Positions 25,052 through 32,894 of a stretch of DNA of 32,894 nucleotides are shown piece after piece. The translations under genes were made by a program, and so were the position numbers. The DNA comes from Candidatus Thalassarchaeaceae archaeon (GTDB lineage: Archaea > Thermoplasmatota > Poseidoniia > Poseidoniales > Thalassarchaeaceae). The stretch spans positions 1-32,894 of the forward strand of contig CAUZSM010000003.1 of assembly GCA_963582685.1 (NCBI GenBank), given 5' to 3'. The notes beneath the pieces are model-generated. The model saw nothing but the letters and a program-made list of their open reading frames with translations, did no database searches and was not told the origin of the DNA. Position 1 is the first letter of the stretch. Every line of letters starts with the position of its first letter.

Positions 25052-25855
25052 TCATTCAGCGACAATTCGCTCTGAACCTGACTGTCCAAGTACATGGCTG
25101 AACTCAGGGCCGATTTGAGTGGATATTCGCATGTCTCCGGACCAATCTTCCAATGCGAATAGCACCTCACTTTCAGCCATATGTGGGGCGTTATTTTTCT
25201 CGGATAGATGGCACAAAACGATGGTCTCAACATCGTCGGATACAACCTCAGTCAGAATCTCGGAGACTTGTTTATTCGACAGGTGGCCTCCGCGGCCAGC
25301 AATTCTCGCTTTCAAAGAGGGTGGATAGGGGCCTAGAGCCAGCCGTTTTGCGTCGTAATTTGCCTCGATTGAAATGTGATTGCATCCATGTAGGTGACCA
25401 ATCAATTCCTTTGTCGCAGAACCGAGGTCAGTCACTACTGCTCCCCGCGCCCCGCGCCGGTCGCTGAAGATGAAGCCAACATTCTCTGCTCCATCGTGTG
25501 GAATTGGCACTGGTAAGAGTGAGATTTCATCCCCAAATTGCAGCCTTTCCAGTGCTTCAAAGATTTGGCATTGGTTGACAGGGTCCAGACCCAATCCCGC
25601 GCAGGTCGTAAAATTGGCATGAATGTCTGCGCCCCATCGCTTTTGGAAGATGGCTGCACCCTGTCCGTGGTCAGTATGGTGGTGGCTTAGTACAATGGCG
25701 TCAATTTCATCTGGTTTCACGCCAATTGTTGCAAGTCTTTTCTCCATCTGACGGCCGCTGAATCCGCAGTCGATTAGCACCTTGGTTTCCTCGGTTGAAA
25801 GCAGCGTGGAATTACCGCGACTGCCAGTTCCGAGGTGGGTAATCTCAAGCGCCAT
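25052..25855 (-). CDS. yycJ: MBL-fold metallo-hydrolase, YycJ/WalJ-like (putative nuclease/phosphodiesterase)
   Basis: Motifs LGTGSRGN, LIDCG, SHHHTDH (HxHxDH), PHD, TDLG, EANYD..L..GPYP..LK.RI...GHLSN and HLSEKNN. The start is placed at ATG 25855 (MALEITHLG). Confidence 0.88.
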   Translation of the reverse strand: MALEITHLGTGSRGNSTLLSTEETKVLIDCGFSGRQMEKRLATIGVKPDEIDAIVLSHHHTDHGQGAAIFQKRWGADIHANFTTCAGLGLDPVNQCQIFEALERLQFGDEISLLPVPIPHDGAENVGFIFSDRRGARGAVVTDLGSATKELIGHLHGCNHISIEANYDAKRLALGPYPPSLKARIAGRGGHLSNKQVSEILTEVVSDDVETIVLCHLSEKNNAPHMAESEVLFALEDWSGDMRISTQIGPEFSHVLGQSGSERIVAE

Positions 25856-26012
25856 TGCAACCGTATCGCATCCGCTCCACGACATACCTTGAATCAACCG
25901 CTTCATGACAGGCATTCAAGGCCATTTTTGCACACTCTGCTGCGTTCCGTGGACGGTTGGCGTCCGAACGGTGCTCCATCACCATCATAAGCGTATGAGA
26001 TTCGACAGAGAG

Positions 26013-26034
26013 TGTGGGTTACACCCACAGGTGG
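26013..26034 (+). promoter_or_regulatory. Palindrome TGTGGGT-TAC-ACCCACA abutting SD-like AGGTGG
   Basis: 7-bp arms (26013-26019 and 26023-26029) ending 9 nt before ATG 26039. Confidence 0.35.
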
Positions 26035-26038
26035 CTTC

Positions 26039-29000
26039 ATGCGTCGTAAGCAGACTGCACTTCTGATTTCTCTCCTCATCATTGGTGGGATGGTATTCGT
26101 CTCACAGATTCGACCGAATAGTGGTGTTGAATCCACTCACCCAGGCGATGCTACTGGTGGAGGGCCTCCGATTACCGACTATGACAAGGACGGTATGCCG
26201 GACCTGCATGAAGAGGCTTTCAGCGAGGCGATTGAACTATCATTGGGAGACCGTTCAAAGACGATTAATGGCCTCGATTGGCAGAATGGCTCTGACAATA
26301 GCAGCGACTTCGATCTCGATGGATTAACCGCCTTGATGGAATTTTGTTGGCCTTACGACCTTGATTCCTGTTTTACCAGCAACCGTACCAGCCTACCAGG
26401 AAAGCCACCTTCACTTTCAGAAACCGGTCTGCGCTGGTTCCTCGACCCTCGTGTGGCTGATACAGACGGCGATGGTCTACCCGACGGATTTGAGGTAGCT
26501 ATGTGCATGGGTGAGACTGGTTACCTGAATGAATCCCATGTCTGGACCTGCCTCGCTTTTGACCCGTTGAATTCTACTGATGGTGACTTGGACTCAGACC
26601 GCTGTCCAGACTTGACTCTTGGCTGCGGGGATGGCTTTGATGTGGACCGAGATGGTGTCATTGAGCAACATGAATTCTACACCAATGCGGAGGAATATTC
26701 GTGGGGTGCACCTGACAACTGGACAACTGAGTTCGATGGGCTGCGCTGGGGTGAGCGGCCAACCGGCGATGACGGCTGGCTTGGAACCGACCCGATGCGC
26801 AATGATTCGGACTACTATCGCTGGGTTGGTAATCGCGCGCTCGCGCAAACTCAGAAGGGCGACGGAATCGAAGATGGCTGGGAGGTATTCTTTGGCCTAG
26901 ACCCGCGTAACCGAAGCGATGCGATTCGCGACAATGACCTCGACGGTTGGGACTACAACCGCGATGGTGCGGTATCACCGGACACTTCTGGGGCTACCAT
27001 TGCTCTGGGTGAGGCATTCAGCAATCTCGAGGAGTACATTGTTTACCTCGATGATGGTAATTGGGTGACTGCAGGGGTCAAATCGGTATCACACGGAATG
27101 AGCGGAGAGGAAGTTACAGTTCTCGACCAAGGCTCTGACCCGATGATATTGCATCATGACGCGCATTCGTTATCCGCCGATGATGAGAACGAATTACTCT
27201 ATGTCGGCACCCGTCGCGGAGTCACTCTGATTGATACGATTGCAGGGACTTCCACTCATCTTGAATTACCTGCTGGGGTTGACCTTCTCGATATGTATCG
27301 ATGGGAGGCTGGAAGTAGCGATGGACTGCTATTGCTTGCAACTACCGCCGGCCTAGCCACATATTCACTGGAATCAGATGGCACCATTGGGCCGATGATT
27401 GATGAATACGAAATGGAAGCAGTCGAAATCATAGCTCCTCTTATCACCGGCTCCGGTTCTCTGGATATTGTTGCAGCCGGGGCAGACCAGATGACTTGGC
27501 GAATCATCTTGGATGAGCAGGGTCGGATTGACGCGGTCAGCACTGTCGATCAATTGACGATGGCTCTGCAAACTCAGAACAACACCACAGTTCAGGCATT
27601 TGCCCATGCGGTGGTACCAGGTGGTGGGACCCATCTCTTCGTAGGCACTAATCGAGGGTTGCTGATGGCAAATAGCACTGACCTTGCCGGTGGCTTCGCG
27701 ACCAGTTGGATATTCGATATCACCAATGCAGAGGACTACGTTGCTCCTGCTGACATCTACGTAATAGCACACTCCGCGAACGTGCGCAGTCTTGTTGTCG
27801 ATGGACCTCGTGATAGTAATGGTGAAATCACATCTTCACAGGTATTGTGGGTTGGCACAGCCGGTGGAGTGCATCAATTCGACTTACTTGTCGGACCCGC
27901 AGACCCCCTATCTGGATTCAATCGCGAAGGGATGCACCACACTGGGGAGGAAGATGCGAACGATGTGTACGATATCCTGCCACTCGGTTCCGAAGTCGTG
28001 ATTGGATCACAATGGGGTACTTGGGTTCTGGATGGCGACCATGGCTTCGTTTCAGGTCTAGATGTAGACCATACACGAATCCCCGGCAAGATTGCTGACC
28101 TCGCAGTCCTTGACATCAACGGCGAGGTCACTCTTTTCGCCGGTCTCGACCCCGGTCGTTACGCCAACTCGATACTCATTGACCCGCTCTCCAACGACTC
28201 TGACGCTGATGGAATGCCTGATGGCTGGGAGTTCGCTTTTGGATTGGACCCAACCGACCCATATGACCGGGACGATGACGCCGATGCAGATGGGGTGAAC
28301 TTCGACCCGGATGTTGACGATTACTTTGACAGGAGTTGGACCAATCTCGATGAGTTCCGTTACGTCGCCATAACGCCTGAGGGCTGGAATAGCACCGACC
28401 CACGCGTAGCGGACACAGATGGTGACGGCCTGTACGACGGAGTAGAGTATTGGGGCTTCTTCCTTGAAGAGACCAATTTCACCTGCTATTATCTCAACTC
28501 AGAATACGTTTGTGACGAGGATATCGGCAACGCCGCACGACAAGTCTACATCGAGGGATGGCAGAACTCTGGATCTGGAGGTGGTACTGATTCCTCCACA
28601 GACCCAACCAATACCGATTCCGATGGGGATGGAATGCCTGACGGCTGGGAGATAGAATACAGGCGTTGGATTGGCTCCTCCTTCCACGGTGGCAACGAAT
28701 GGTCTCTCGACCCCAATGACCCGTCCGATGCAGATGACGACGCAGATGGTGACGGACTTGACAACCTCTGTGAATACAAGTGGCAGCTCGTTCTTGATGA
28801 AGCCAGATTGAATGGGCTTGCTAGTCACAACGAGAGTTCAGATGCGGCACAGGATTGGGTTTCTACCGACCCGAATTTGAAGGACTCAGATATGGATGGG
28901 CTTCCAGACGGATGGGAAGCTCGATACTCCTGCGTGTGGAGCATTCAGAATGTTGGCATCAATCCTCTCAACGGTTCTGATGCATTCAACAACCCGGATG

Positions 29001-31693
29001 GAGATGGATATGACATCGACCACGATGGAGTATTGCAATCTGGTGAGCAGTTCAACAATTGGATGGAGTACTACATTTCCACTCTGATAATGCTTGGTAA
29101 CGTCAGCCAAGATGGCGCTGAGATGCCGCACTCCACTGACCTTTGGGATTCTTCGTGGACTAGTTCCGCAAACGAGCCCTTTGGCACCACCGTAACTGGT
29201 GAAGTCCTTGCTGATACACCCTATGCTCCATTCGAAGACAGAGGCAGCAGTGACCCATTGAACCGTGACACAGACGGGGATGGAATGCCTGACGGCTGGG
29301 AAGTCTGGTTCGCGCGATGGGATACCTTCGTTGAGAATTGGACCATGAATCCCGTCAATGAATTGGATGCCTCAGGAGACCCTGATGGAGATGGCATGAC
29401 CAATTGGGAAGAGTACAACAGCATCGATGCGAATCGTTCTGAGACTGACCCTGAGAAGACTTCACCACAGTATTACGTAATTGTGGCGCAGGGGCAGGCT
29501 GTCCTACAGGTGTGGAATGCTGCTGGCAGTATGACATCTTTCGGCGCATTTGTCAATGATGCTCAGGCGAATAGCAGCGGATGGACCTGCGACCCGAATA
29601 ATCCAGACAGCGATGGTGATGGTATGCTGGACGGCATCGAGGTTCTGTTCACCCAATGGAATCAGTCCGACGCGACTTGGACACTCAATCCACTGGTTGC
29701 CGGTGATGGCCATTACGATGCTGACAAGGACGCACTCACCGACTTGCAGGAACTCAATCTCTCCGTGCAGAACCCAGTCAATGGGGGCCTAGCACCGCCC
29801 GATGCTCCGAAGATGTGGGAAGAGGCGATTGCGCTGAATCAAGGAGCAGCCACCGCGCGTGTGTATTCGATGCTATTCAACAAGCAGGGCCGCGCCCTGA
29901 TTGCTCTGCAACAGTTCAGCCTCTGGCAGCAGACAGGCATTGCCATGCCGCTGCTACAGACAATCATCGGTATCACTGACCCTACTAATAATGACACAGA
30001 TGCCGATGGCATGATTGATGGATACGAGTATTGGTTTACAGAATGGGATCTCGACGGCAATCGCTGGCAGATGAATCCTCTAACCGATGAGGACGTCGGA
30101 ATTGACAGCGACAATGATTCTTGGGATTGTAACCGTGATGGTCAAATCGACGACAATGAGACCTATGACAATCTCAAGGAATATCAAGCGAGAATCTACG
30201 GACGCTACGATCAGAGATTTACAATTCCGGCTTCCTTCGGGCTGATTGACTATGGTGATGACGCGATGACCGCGTTCCAGCAAGAGAATCAGATGTCCTA
30301 TGGAGAGGCACGAGGTGCGTTGCACGATATGTTCGTCAGTAAGAACGTGATGAGTTCAGAGAGAATGCTGAAGATAAACGAAGCATATTCTGACAATTGG
30401 AATCGAAGTTTGTTAGGCATTAGTGACCCCACTCACCCGGATAGCGACCTAGATGGCATGCCTGATGGCTGGGAATACTGTTATTCCCGCTATATGGAGG
30501 TCCAGCCAGTCAACACTTGGCGTTGGACCCTGAACCCGGTGAATCCACTCGATGTTGACTATGACCCTGACGAGGATGGGTGGTTTGACCGCACCTCTGC
30601 CGACATACCAGCACCACAAGGTACCTGGTCCCAGCGTTTGTTCTATCCTGGCTTGGTCGAGGACCAGATTAGCCCCGGCAACGGCCCATTATTCTTCACC
30701 AATTTTCAGGAATGGGAATGGGGGACAATCCCAATTTCCAACGACAGCGATGTCGATTCTGTCAAGATGATTCACGTTGGCCAAGGCAATAACACCGTCT
30801 CCTATCACCGCGATTGGAACTTCACTGATGGTCGTGAGGTGTACAAGTATGGAACCAATCCCGGTGACAATGACACCGACGGCGACATGCTGCCTGACTT
30901 CTACGAATATGGTTTAGGCTGGAATGAAACCAATGACAACTATTCTTCATATCGCCATGTCAGTGTGGTCTGGGAGGATTTTGGTTCGACCAAGAAGCCT
31001 CTAAATGTCACGATTGGAGGCAGCGGGCTCGTGTTCGCCCGCCCGAATTTTGATTGGGTGTGGGCAACCTTTGACCCCCGAGACCCTGCGGACGCAGTCA
31101 ACGATTACGACAATGATGGCGGTTGGGACTGTTCAGGCCCCACTTGCAACTACATTCCCTACAATAATTTCCAGGAGTTCTTCGGCAATACTACTCTGAC
31201 CAGCGCGACGAATGTACGCAGTACTCCGTTACTCTACAATGGCCAGCAGATTACCGAATGGTGGCAGTTGCGTGCGTGGTTGCTGCACATTGCTGAACCC
31301 GATGATTTGTATGCGAATTATTTCCGAATGTATCGTGTTAACTACACCGACGATAGGTACGCCCACATCGTCAATGACCACGACACGGATTACATGGTGC
31401 TGAACCCAAGCGATGACACGCATTTGGTCAAGGGTGACTGGACTGATGATTATGAGCGCCGTTTCGGCACTTTCGATAAGTTCCCCGACATTGGCGCAGG
31501 CGAATACGTCTGGGGTTGGTGGCATCTCGATATGGATGGCGACAACATTGCCGATGGAACAGACCCCCTTGACTTCGATACCGATGGTGATTGGCTGAAC
31601 GACTGGTTCGAGATTGATGATGACATGCTTGACGGTATTCGCGGTAATGGTGGCTCGCCAATACGCTACGATGACCGTACTACAACCGGTTGA
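26039..31693 (+). CDS. Large secreted acidic protein with >20 thrombospondin type 3-like DxDxDG(M/L)PDGWE repeats and an inserted beta-propeller-like domain
   Basis: N-terminus MRRKQTALLISLLIIGGMVFV. Repeated DTDGDGLPDGFE, DSDADGMPDGWE and DSDGDGMPDGWE units, each followed by LDP/LNP. Propeller-like strands LYVGTRRGV, LATTAGL, LFVGTNRGL and LWVGTAGGV. No C-terminal TM. Confidence 0.88.
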   Translation: MRRKQTALLISLLIIGGMVFVSQIRPNSGVESTHPGDATGGGPPITDYDKDGMPDLHEEAFSEAIELSLGDRSKTINGLDWQNGSDNSSDFDLDGLTALMEFCWPYDLDSCFTSNRTSLPGKPPSLSETGLRWFLDPRVADTDGDGLPDGFEVAMCMGETGYLNESHVWTCLAFDPLNSTDGDLDSDRCPDLTLGCGDGFDVDRDGVIEQHEFYTNAEEYSWGAPDNWTTEFDGLRWGERPTGDDGWLGTDPMRNDSDYYRWVGNRALAQTQKGDGIEDGWEVFFGLDPRNRSDAIRDNDLDGWDYNRDGAVSPDTSGATIALGEAFSNLEEYIVYLDDGNWVTAGVKSVSHGMSGEEVTVLDQGSDPMILHHDAHSLSADDENELLYVGTRRGVTLIDTIAGTSTHLELPAGVDLLDMYRWEAGSSDGLLLLATTAGLATYSLESDGTIGPMIDEYEMEAVEIIAPLITGSGSLDIVAAGADQMTWRIILDEQGRIDAVSTVDQLTMALQTQNNTTVQAFAHAVVPGGGTHLFVGTNRGLLMANSTDLAGGFATSWIFDITNAEDYVAPADIYVIAHSANVRSLVVDGPRDSNGEITSSQVLWVGTAGGVHQFDLLVGPADPLSGFNREGMHHTGEEDANDVYDILPLGSEVVIGSQWGTWVLDGDHGFVSGLDVDHTRIPGKIADLAVLDINGEVTLFAGLDPGRYANSILIDPLSNDSDADGMPDGWEFAFGLDPTDPYDRDDDADADGVNFDPDVDDYFDRSWTNLDEFRYVAITPEGWNSTDPRVADTDGDGLYDGVEYWGFFLEETNFTCYYLNSEYVCDEDIGNAARQVYIEGWQNSGSGGGTDSSTDPTNTDSDGDGMPDGWEIEYRRWIGSSFHGGNEWSLDPNDPSDADDDADGDGLDNLCEYKWQLVLDEARLNGLASHNESSDAAQDWVSTDPNLKDSDMDGLPDGWEARYSCVWSIQNVGINPLNGSDAFNNPDGDGYDIDHDGVLQSGEQFNNWMEYYISTLIMLGNVSQDGAEMPHSTDLWDSSWTSSANEPFGTTVTGEVLADTPYAPFEDRGSSDPLNRDTDGDGMPDGWEVWFARWDTFVENWTMNPVNELDASGDPDGDGMTNWEEYNSIDANRSETDPEKTSPQYYVIVAQGQAVLQVWNAAGSMTSFGAFVNDAQANSSGWTCDPNNPDSDGDGMLDGIEVLFTQWNQSDATWTLNPLVAGDGHYDADKDALTDLQELNLSVQNPVNGGLAPPDAPKMWEEAIALNQGAATARVYSMLFNKQGRALIALQQFSLWQQTGIAMPLLQTIIGITDPTNNDTDADGMIDGYEYWFTEWDLDGNRWQMNPLTDEDVGIDSDNDSWDCNRDGQIDDNETYDNLKEYQARIYGRYDQRFTIPASFGLIDYGDDAMTAFQQENQMSYGEARGALHDMFVSKNVMSSERMLKINEAYSDNWNRSLLGISDPTHPDSDLDGMPDGWEYCYSRYMEVQPVNTWRWTLNPVNPLDVDYDPDEDGWFDRTSADIPAPQGTWSQRLFYPGLVEDQISPGNGPLFFTNFQEWEWGTIPISNDSDVDSVKMIHVGQGNNTVSYHRDWNFTDGREVYKYGTNPGDNDTDGDMLPDFYEYGLGWNETNDNYSSYRHVSVVWEDFGSTKKPLNVTIGGSGLVFARPNFDWVWATFDPRDPADAVNDYDNDGGWDCSGPTCNYIPYNNFQEFFGNTTLTSATNVRSTPLLYNGQQITEWWQLRAWLLHIAEPDDLYANYFRMYRVNYTDDRYAHIVNDHDTDYMVLNPSDDTHLVKGDWTDDYERRFGTFDKFPDIGAGEYVWGWWHLDMDGDNIADGTDPLDFDTDGDWLNDWFEIDDDMLDGIRGNGGSPIRYDDRTTTG

Positions 31694-31699
31694 AAATGC

Positions 31700-31734
31700 C
31701 ACCGGGATACGGCCCTATGGGCCTATTCCCGGTG
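31700..31734 (+). terminator. Strong interrupted hairpin after the repeat-protein gene
   Basis: Outer stem CACCGGGA/TCCCGGTG and inner stem GGCCC/GGGCC with a TAT loop, starting 6 nt after the stop. Confidence 0.45.
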
Positions 31735-31787
31735 AGGGACGGTTTGATAGTCCTTGAGTGAACCCCCAACCTTTGGGGCGGACTCCT

Positions 31788-32894
31788 ATGAGTGAGCAAT
31801 CCACACGTATTGGCACCCCCCTATTGCTCGTATTGCTCATGGTGATGTCAGTTTTTTCTCAAGCCATACCAACCCCTGCAGAAGTAGGTCAACTCTCTGA
31901 TGACGAAATTGCTGGCACCAGCGGCGGTACTCGTCACATCTACACTTTCGCCGACGGCAGCAGCGAGGCCATCGCTCTGTATCAGATGGGAACTCCTGCT
32001 AGGAACGTCAAGGTCGCCGTACCCCTTGGTGCGGAAGTAACCGCTGCCGAAGTCACATTGTCAGGAGCCAGTGCAACTGGATGGGCGAGCCATATCGACA
32101 ACCTGCGTGTCGATTGGGAAGATGGCACCCCAATCGACGTAGATCCAAGGCAGAATCAACTGACTTTGGCCATGGGTGATTCTGAGGAGTGGTTCATTCC
32201 TCATGATTTGGATTCGCAAAGTTCCTCATCCACTGCTTGGTATGACAATGGCTCATACTCGATTCGCCAGCCTCATACCACCAACGTCAGCGAATCACGC
32301 TTCTCCAGTCAGAGAACTTTGCAGTCGGGAACCCTAGCGACCTACAATGCTGCAGTGTTCAAGTATCGTGGTATGCTATTCGCTTCGACTTGGGATTCGA
32401 ATACCATCTCAAACACTGTGAAGGTGCTTTCTTCCAACAATGCATCACAGATCACTACACCACCAAACAACTCGCCGCTGCGTCCGGATTTGGATTTCAC
32501 CAGTTGCAGTGGCCCCACTCCGCCAAGTTCCTGGCAGAGTTATGGTTGGAGAGACTGGGCTGTAACTGATGACGAGAGAGTCTTCGGGATATTGTCCTCA
32601 TATCGAGGAAGCAACGCAGTCCAATACCATCGTGTGGTTGAGTGGGACATTCGCGACCCCTTGGCATGGAAGTGCATCGCCTCGTACGATGTCAGCACCC
32701 AATCCTACGGAGATTATACCGGGATATCGTATGATAGGACACGAGACAGCATTTGGATTAACCACAATGTCCGCAAGACGCTGGTGCAATACGAGTTCAA
32801 CGGCGATGGGACCTTCACTCGAAATAGCACGGACTTCTACACCTACTTTATGTCATCAGGGCAAGTTAGAGGCATGGCTGTCCACGGGCAGATG
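31788..32894 (+). CDS. Secreted protein, 5' part only (runs off the window end); possible beta-propeller region
   Basis: Not in the ORF track. ATG 31788 is open for 369 codons to the window end: MSEQSTRIGTPLLLVLLMVMSVFSQAIP..VAVPLGAEVTAAEVTLSG..WAVTDDERVFGI..GISYDRTRDSIWI..VRGMAVHGQM. It has a signal peptide, and the later strands look like propeller blades. Confidence 0.85.
   Translation, partial: MSEQSTRIGTPLLLVLLMVMSVFSQAIPTPAEVGQLSDDEIAGTSGGTRHIYTFADGSSEAIALYQMGTPARNVKVAVPLGAEVTAAEVTLSGASATGWASHIDNLRVDWEDGTPIDVDPRQNQLTLAMGDSEEWFIPHDLDSQSSSSTAWYDNGSYSIRQPHTTNVSESRFSSQRTLQSGTLATYNAAVFKYRGMLFASTWDSNTISNTVKVLSSNNASQITTPPNNSPLRPDLDFTSCSGPTPPSSWQSYGWRDWAVTDDERVFGILSSYRGSNAVQYHRVVEWDIRDPLAWKCIASYDVSTQSYGDYTGISYDRTRDSIWINHNVRKTLVQYEFNGDGTFTRNSTDFYTYFMSSGQVRGMAVHGQM

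Noticed and set aside
25856-26038. Longer starts for yycJ (25915) and the repeat protein (26012), and ORF 25903..26136
   Set aside because: The family N-terminus and signal peptide begin at 25855 and 26039. The spacer is better explained as a divergent promoter region.
26180-31620. Recurrent DNA motif GATGG(A/C/T)ATGCC(T/G)GA(C/T)GGCTGGGA resembling a repeat array or CRISPR
   Set aside because: Spacing is irregular and variation falls at synonymous positions. It simply encodes the DGMPDGWE protein repeats, and no cas genes are present.
3632-31702. Dozens of 60-220 aa ORFs nested in or antisense to the large genes
   Set aside because: They lie within well-supported CDSs, have no recognisable motifs, and are typical of codon-bias shadows.
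31822-31838. Tandem TATTGCTC repeat
   Set aside because: It has only two copies and encodes the Leu-rich signal peptide, so it is not credible as a phase-variation tract.
1-32894. tRNA, rRNA, transposase or integrase genes
   Set aside because: Intergenic gaps are short, none shows a cloverleaf or T-loop pattern, and no ORF has recombinase or transposase motifs.

Overview
This is a gene-dense archaeal window. CarS, AglB, class III (pilin-type) signal peptides, GAGGTGA-type SD sites, a bacterial-type PurD/YycJ and many large acidic secreted proteins suggest Thermoplasmatota, probably Marine Group II/Poseidoniales (inference). It holds 13 CDS, two of them running off the window ends and absent from the ORF track. 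In order: a partial secreted protein (-); carS; purD; a ~3,180-aa giant AglB oligosaccharyltransferase with an extra N-terminal membrane domain and a ~1,750-aa sequon-rich, membrane-anchored C-terminal extension; a membrane-anchored S8 protease with no prodomain and a GTSDA motif; a 1,477-aa membrane-anchored beta-helix/Ig surface protein; a wHTH-STAND NTPase-TPR (NLR-like architecture) regulator; three coupled pilin-like genes (-); a YycJ-like metallo-beta-lactamase-fold protein (-); a ~1,885-aa secreted protein with Ca-binding-type DxDxDG repeats and a propeller insert; and a partial secreted protein (+). I saw no rRNA, tRNA, CRISPR or mobile element. The main points of interest are the giant AglB, the possible aglB-protease-surface protein-STAND module, a probable CTG start and a hairpin/uORF in the pilin-like operon, and an AT-rich intergenic island with G-string repeats.
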